From the NCBI GenBank assembly GCA_964639345.1, contig CAZXDF010000014.1, positions 1 through 35,811 of the forward strand: 35,811 bases of DNA, written 5' to 3'. The position numbers and the translations under genes are program-made. The notes under the pieces are model-generated. The model had not been told where the DNA came from. It ran no database searches and saw only the letters and a list, made by a program, of their open reading frames with translations. Shown here in pieces: positions 34,591 to 35,811 of this stretch. How positions within the stretch are numbered: position 1 is the first letter of the stretch; the number at the start of each line of letters is the position of its first letter. The DNA is from an uncultured candidatus Brocadiaceae bacterium. Lineage in GTDB: Bacteria > Planctomycetota > Brocadiia > SM23-32.

Positions 34591-34968
34591 TCACGCCCTC
34601 TCAATCCGCACGGTCTCGCCGGCGGAGTGCTTCTTGAGCGCGTCCGGGTTCTCGATGCGGCCGATGGGGTTGACGGCGCTGGCTGGCTTGATGGCGTCCT
34701 CGGACTGGGTCATCGGCGTTTTGCCGAAAAACAGGCAGAAGCACGCCCCCGCCGGCCAGTAGCCCAGGTCCCCCTTGCTGACGGTCTCGACTGCGTTCTC
34801 CTCGCCCACCTGGACGGGTATCTCGAAGTAGATCTCCTCGCCCCACGTGCGCGCTGTGGAATCGATGGGCAGAGCATTCATGATCTTGGCCACAGTCTCT
34901 GGGGCGCCATCTTCGTCCAGCGCCGCATCGAACTCCTCGCTGCCGACCGTGATCTTGATCTTCGCCAT
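34591..34968 (-). CDS. Cyclophilin-like (TM1367/PF04126-type) small protein
   Basis: 125 aa. 'IKITVGSEEFDAALDEDGAPETVAKIMNALP...TWGEEIYFEIP...GDLGYWPAGACFCLFFGKTPM' matches my recollection of the cyclophilin-like family pattern. Confidence 0.6.
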   Translation of the reverse strand: MAKIKITVGSEEFDAALDEDGAPETVAKIMNALPIDSTARTWGEEIYFEIPVQVGEENAVETVSKGDLGYWPAGACFCLFFGKTPMTQSEDAIKPASAVNPIGRIENPDALKKHSAGETVRIERA

Positions 34969-35071
34969 GGCTGGATTCTCCTCTCAACATGCGCGGCATT
35001 GCCAACCTGTTGGCTCCCTTATAGCGCAACGCCGACGTTCCCACAAGCGACCCGCGCACGGCCGGGCCACG

Positions 35072-35100
35072 TTGACGCCGCCGGCGGAATCGCGTAACTT
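35072..35100 (+). promoter_or_regulatory. Candidate sigma70-like promoter (TTGACG-17-TAACTT) upstream of the URO-D-family gene
   Basis: Motif match only, about 47 nt upstream of the ATG at 35147. Confidence 0.25.
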
Positions 35101-35146
35101 CTCGTGTTGCGCCAGGTGCTGCATTTGGTCCCCAGGCCCACCCCCG

Positions 35147-35811
35147 ATGGAGAAGAACGAGGTGACATCCAAAGAACGTGTGCTTGCCGCACTGAGGCAC
35201 GACCAGCCCGACCGCACGCCCCTCTGGCACGGGGTCCCGAAGCCGGAGATCATGGAAGGCCTGCTCGGGCATTACGGCACGCGCGATGAGGAAGAGCTGC
35301 TCCGCGCGATCGGCGACGACTTCCGCTGGGCGGCGCTCCCAGAGTGGCAGGGCGGCCCGGACGAGCGTCCTTTCGGCATGCCGGGGGCAAACCCGGCAGC
35401 CTGCGAGACCGCTGCCGACGTGGACGCCCTCCCGTGGCCTGACGCGAAGAAGTTCGCCGCCCCCGACGCGCGCAAGCGCTGCGAGGCCGTGGCGGACTGC
35501 GCGATCATGGGCGGAAGCTGGGCGGCGTTCTTCCACGACATCGGCGGGCTGATCGGGCAGGAAAACTACTTCATCAAGTTGCACACGCACCCGGCCGTCG
35601 TCGAGGCCATCACCGAGCACGTCATCGACTTCCACATCGCCGCCAACGACCGCCTGTTCCGCGAGGCCGCCGACCTGATCGATTTCTACTTCTTCGGCAA
35701 TGACTTCGGCACCCAGCGGGGCCTGTTCATTGGCCTGGAGCACTTCCGGCGGTTCATCCTGCCGGGCATACGCCGGCTGGTGGAGCACGCGCGCTCCTAC
35801 GGGCTGCACGT
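35147..35811 (+). CDS. Uroporphyrinogen decarboxylase (URO-D)-family protein, 5' partial (runs off window)
   Basis: It is not in the ORF track because no stop is reached. I translated it by hand from the ATG at 35147: 'MEKNEVTSKERVLAALRHDQPDRTPLW...FFGNDFGTQRGLFIGLEHFRRFILPGIRRLVEHARSYG'. The opening 'ER..AAL.....DR.P.W' and later 'DD.G.Q' type motifs are typical of URO-D/MtaA-like enzymes. Confidence 0.6.
   Translation, partial: MEKNEVTSKERVLAALRHDQPDRTPLWHGVPKPEIMEGLLGHYGTRDEEELLRAIGDDFRWAALPEWQGGPDERPFGMPGANPAACETAADVDALPWPDAKKFAAPDARKRCEAVADCAIMGGSWAAFFHDIGGLIGQENYFIKLHTHPAVVEAITEHVIDFHIAANDRLFREAADLIDFYFFGNDFGTQRGLFIGLEHFRRFILPGIRRLVEHARSYGLH

Noticed and set aside
34601-35809. 402-aa minus-strand ORF spanning the cyclophilin-like gene and the URO-D-family gene
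   Set aside because: It is antisense to a well-supported plus-strand URO-D-like frame and out of frame with the cyclophilin-like CDS. Its composition is that of a high-GC shadow ORF.

Overview
This is a 35.8 kb high-GC bacterial chromosomal segment with strongly GC3-biased coding and many spurious long antisense ORFs. I found no rRNA, tRNA, CRISPR array, transposase or integrase. Most of the window is recognisable housekeeping and anaerobic-type metabolism. On the minus strand, 23-6498 carries rsgA, a membrane protein, holB, a stand-alone lipoyl-domain protein, lipA, lipB and lpdA, divergent from a rubrerythrin gene. Next come a GT-C glycosyltransferase and a macro-domain protein. An envelope cluster follows: an ICMT-like methyltransferase, an M48-TPR lipoprotein protease, a small lipoprotein and an AsmA-like protein. 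After that come a four-subunit pyruvate/2-oxoacid:ferredoxin oxidoreductase (porGDAB), an ADP-forming acetyl-CoA synthetase, a divergent thymidylate-synthase-family protein, a HAD phosphatase, tatA, hisD, icd, a cyclophilin-like protein and a partial URO-D-family gene. The part I cannot explain is 24.27-32.91 kb. It holds two tandem paralogous giant envelope proteins built from ~165-aa repeat units with C-terminal multi-TM anchors. Each is interrupted by one in-frame TAG in an inter-unit linker. Copy 1 also has a pseudopilin-like (H-X9-DG type), TPR-like and secretin-N-like block inserted between membrane helices. TAG is an ordinary stop elsewhere in the window, so this is either local readthrough/re-initiation or decay. 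Intergenic DNA contains three repeat classes: GTAG-type REP doublets, two homologous ~150-nt stem-closed elements flanking tatA with compensatory base changes, and a 3+3 inverted CACGGAA/TTCCGTG heptamer array. A PVC-like anaerobe is my guess at taxonomy, and it is inference only.
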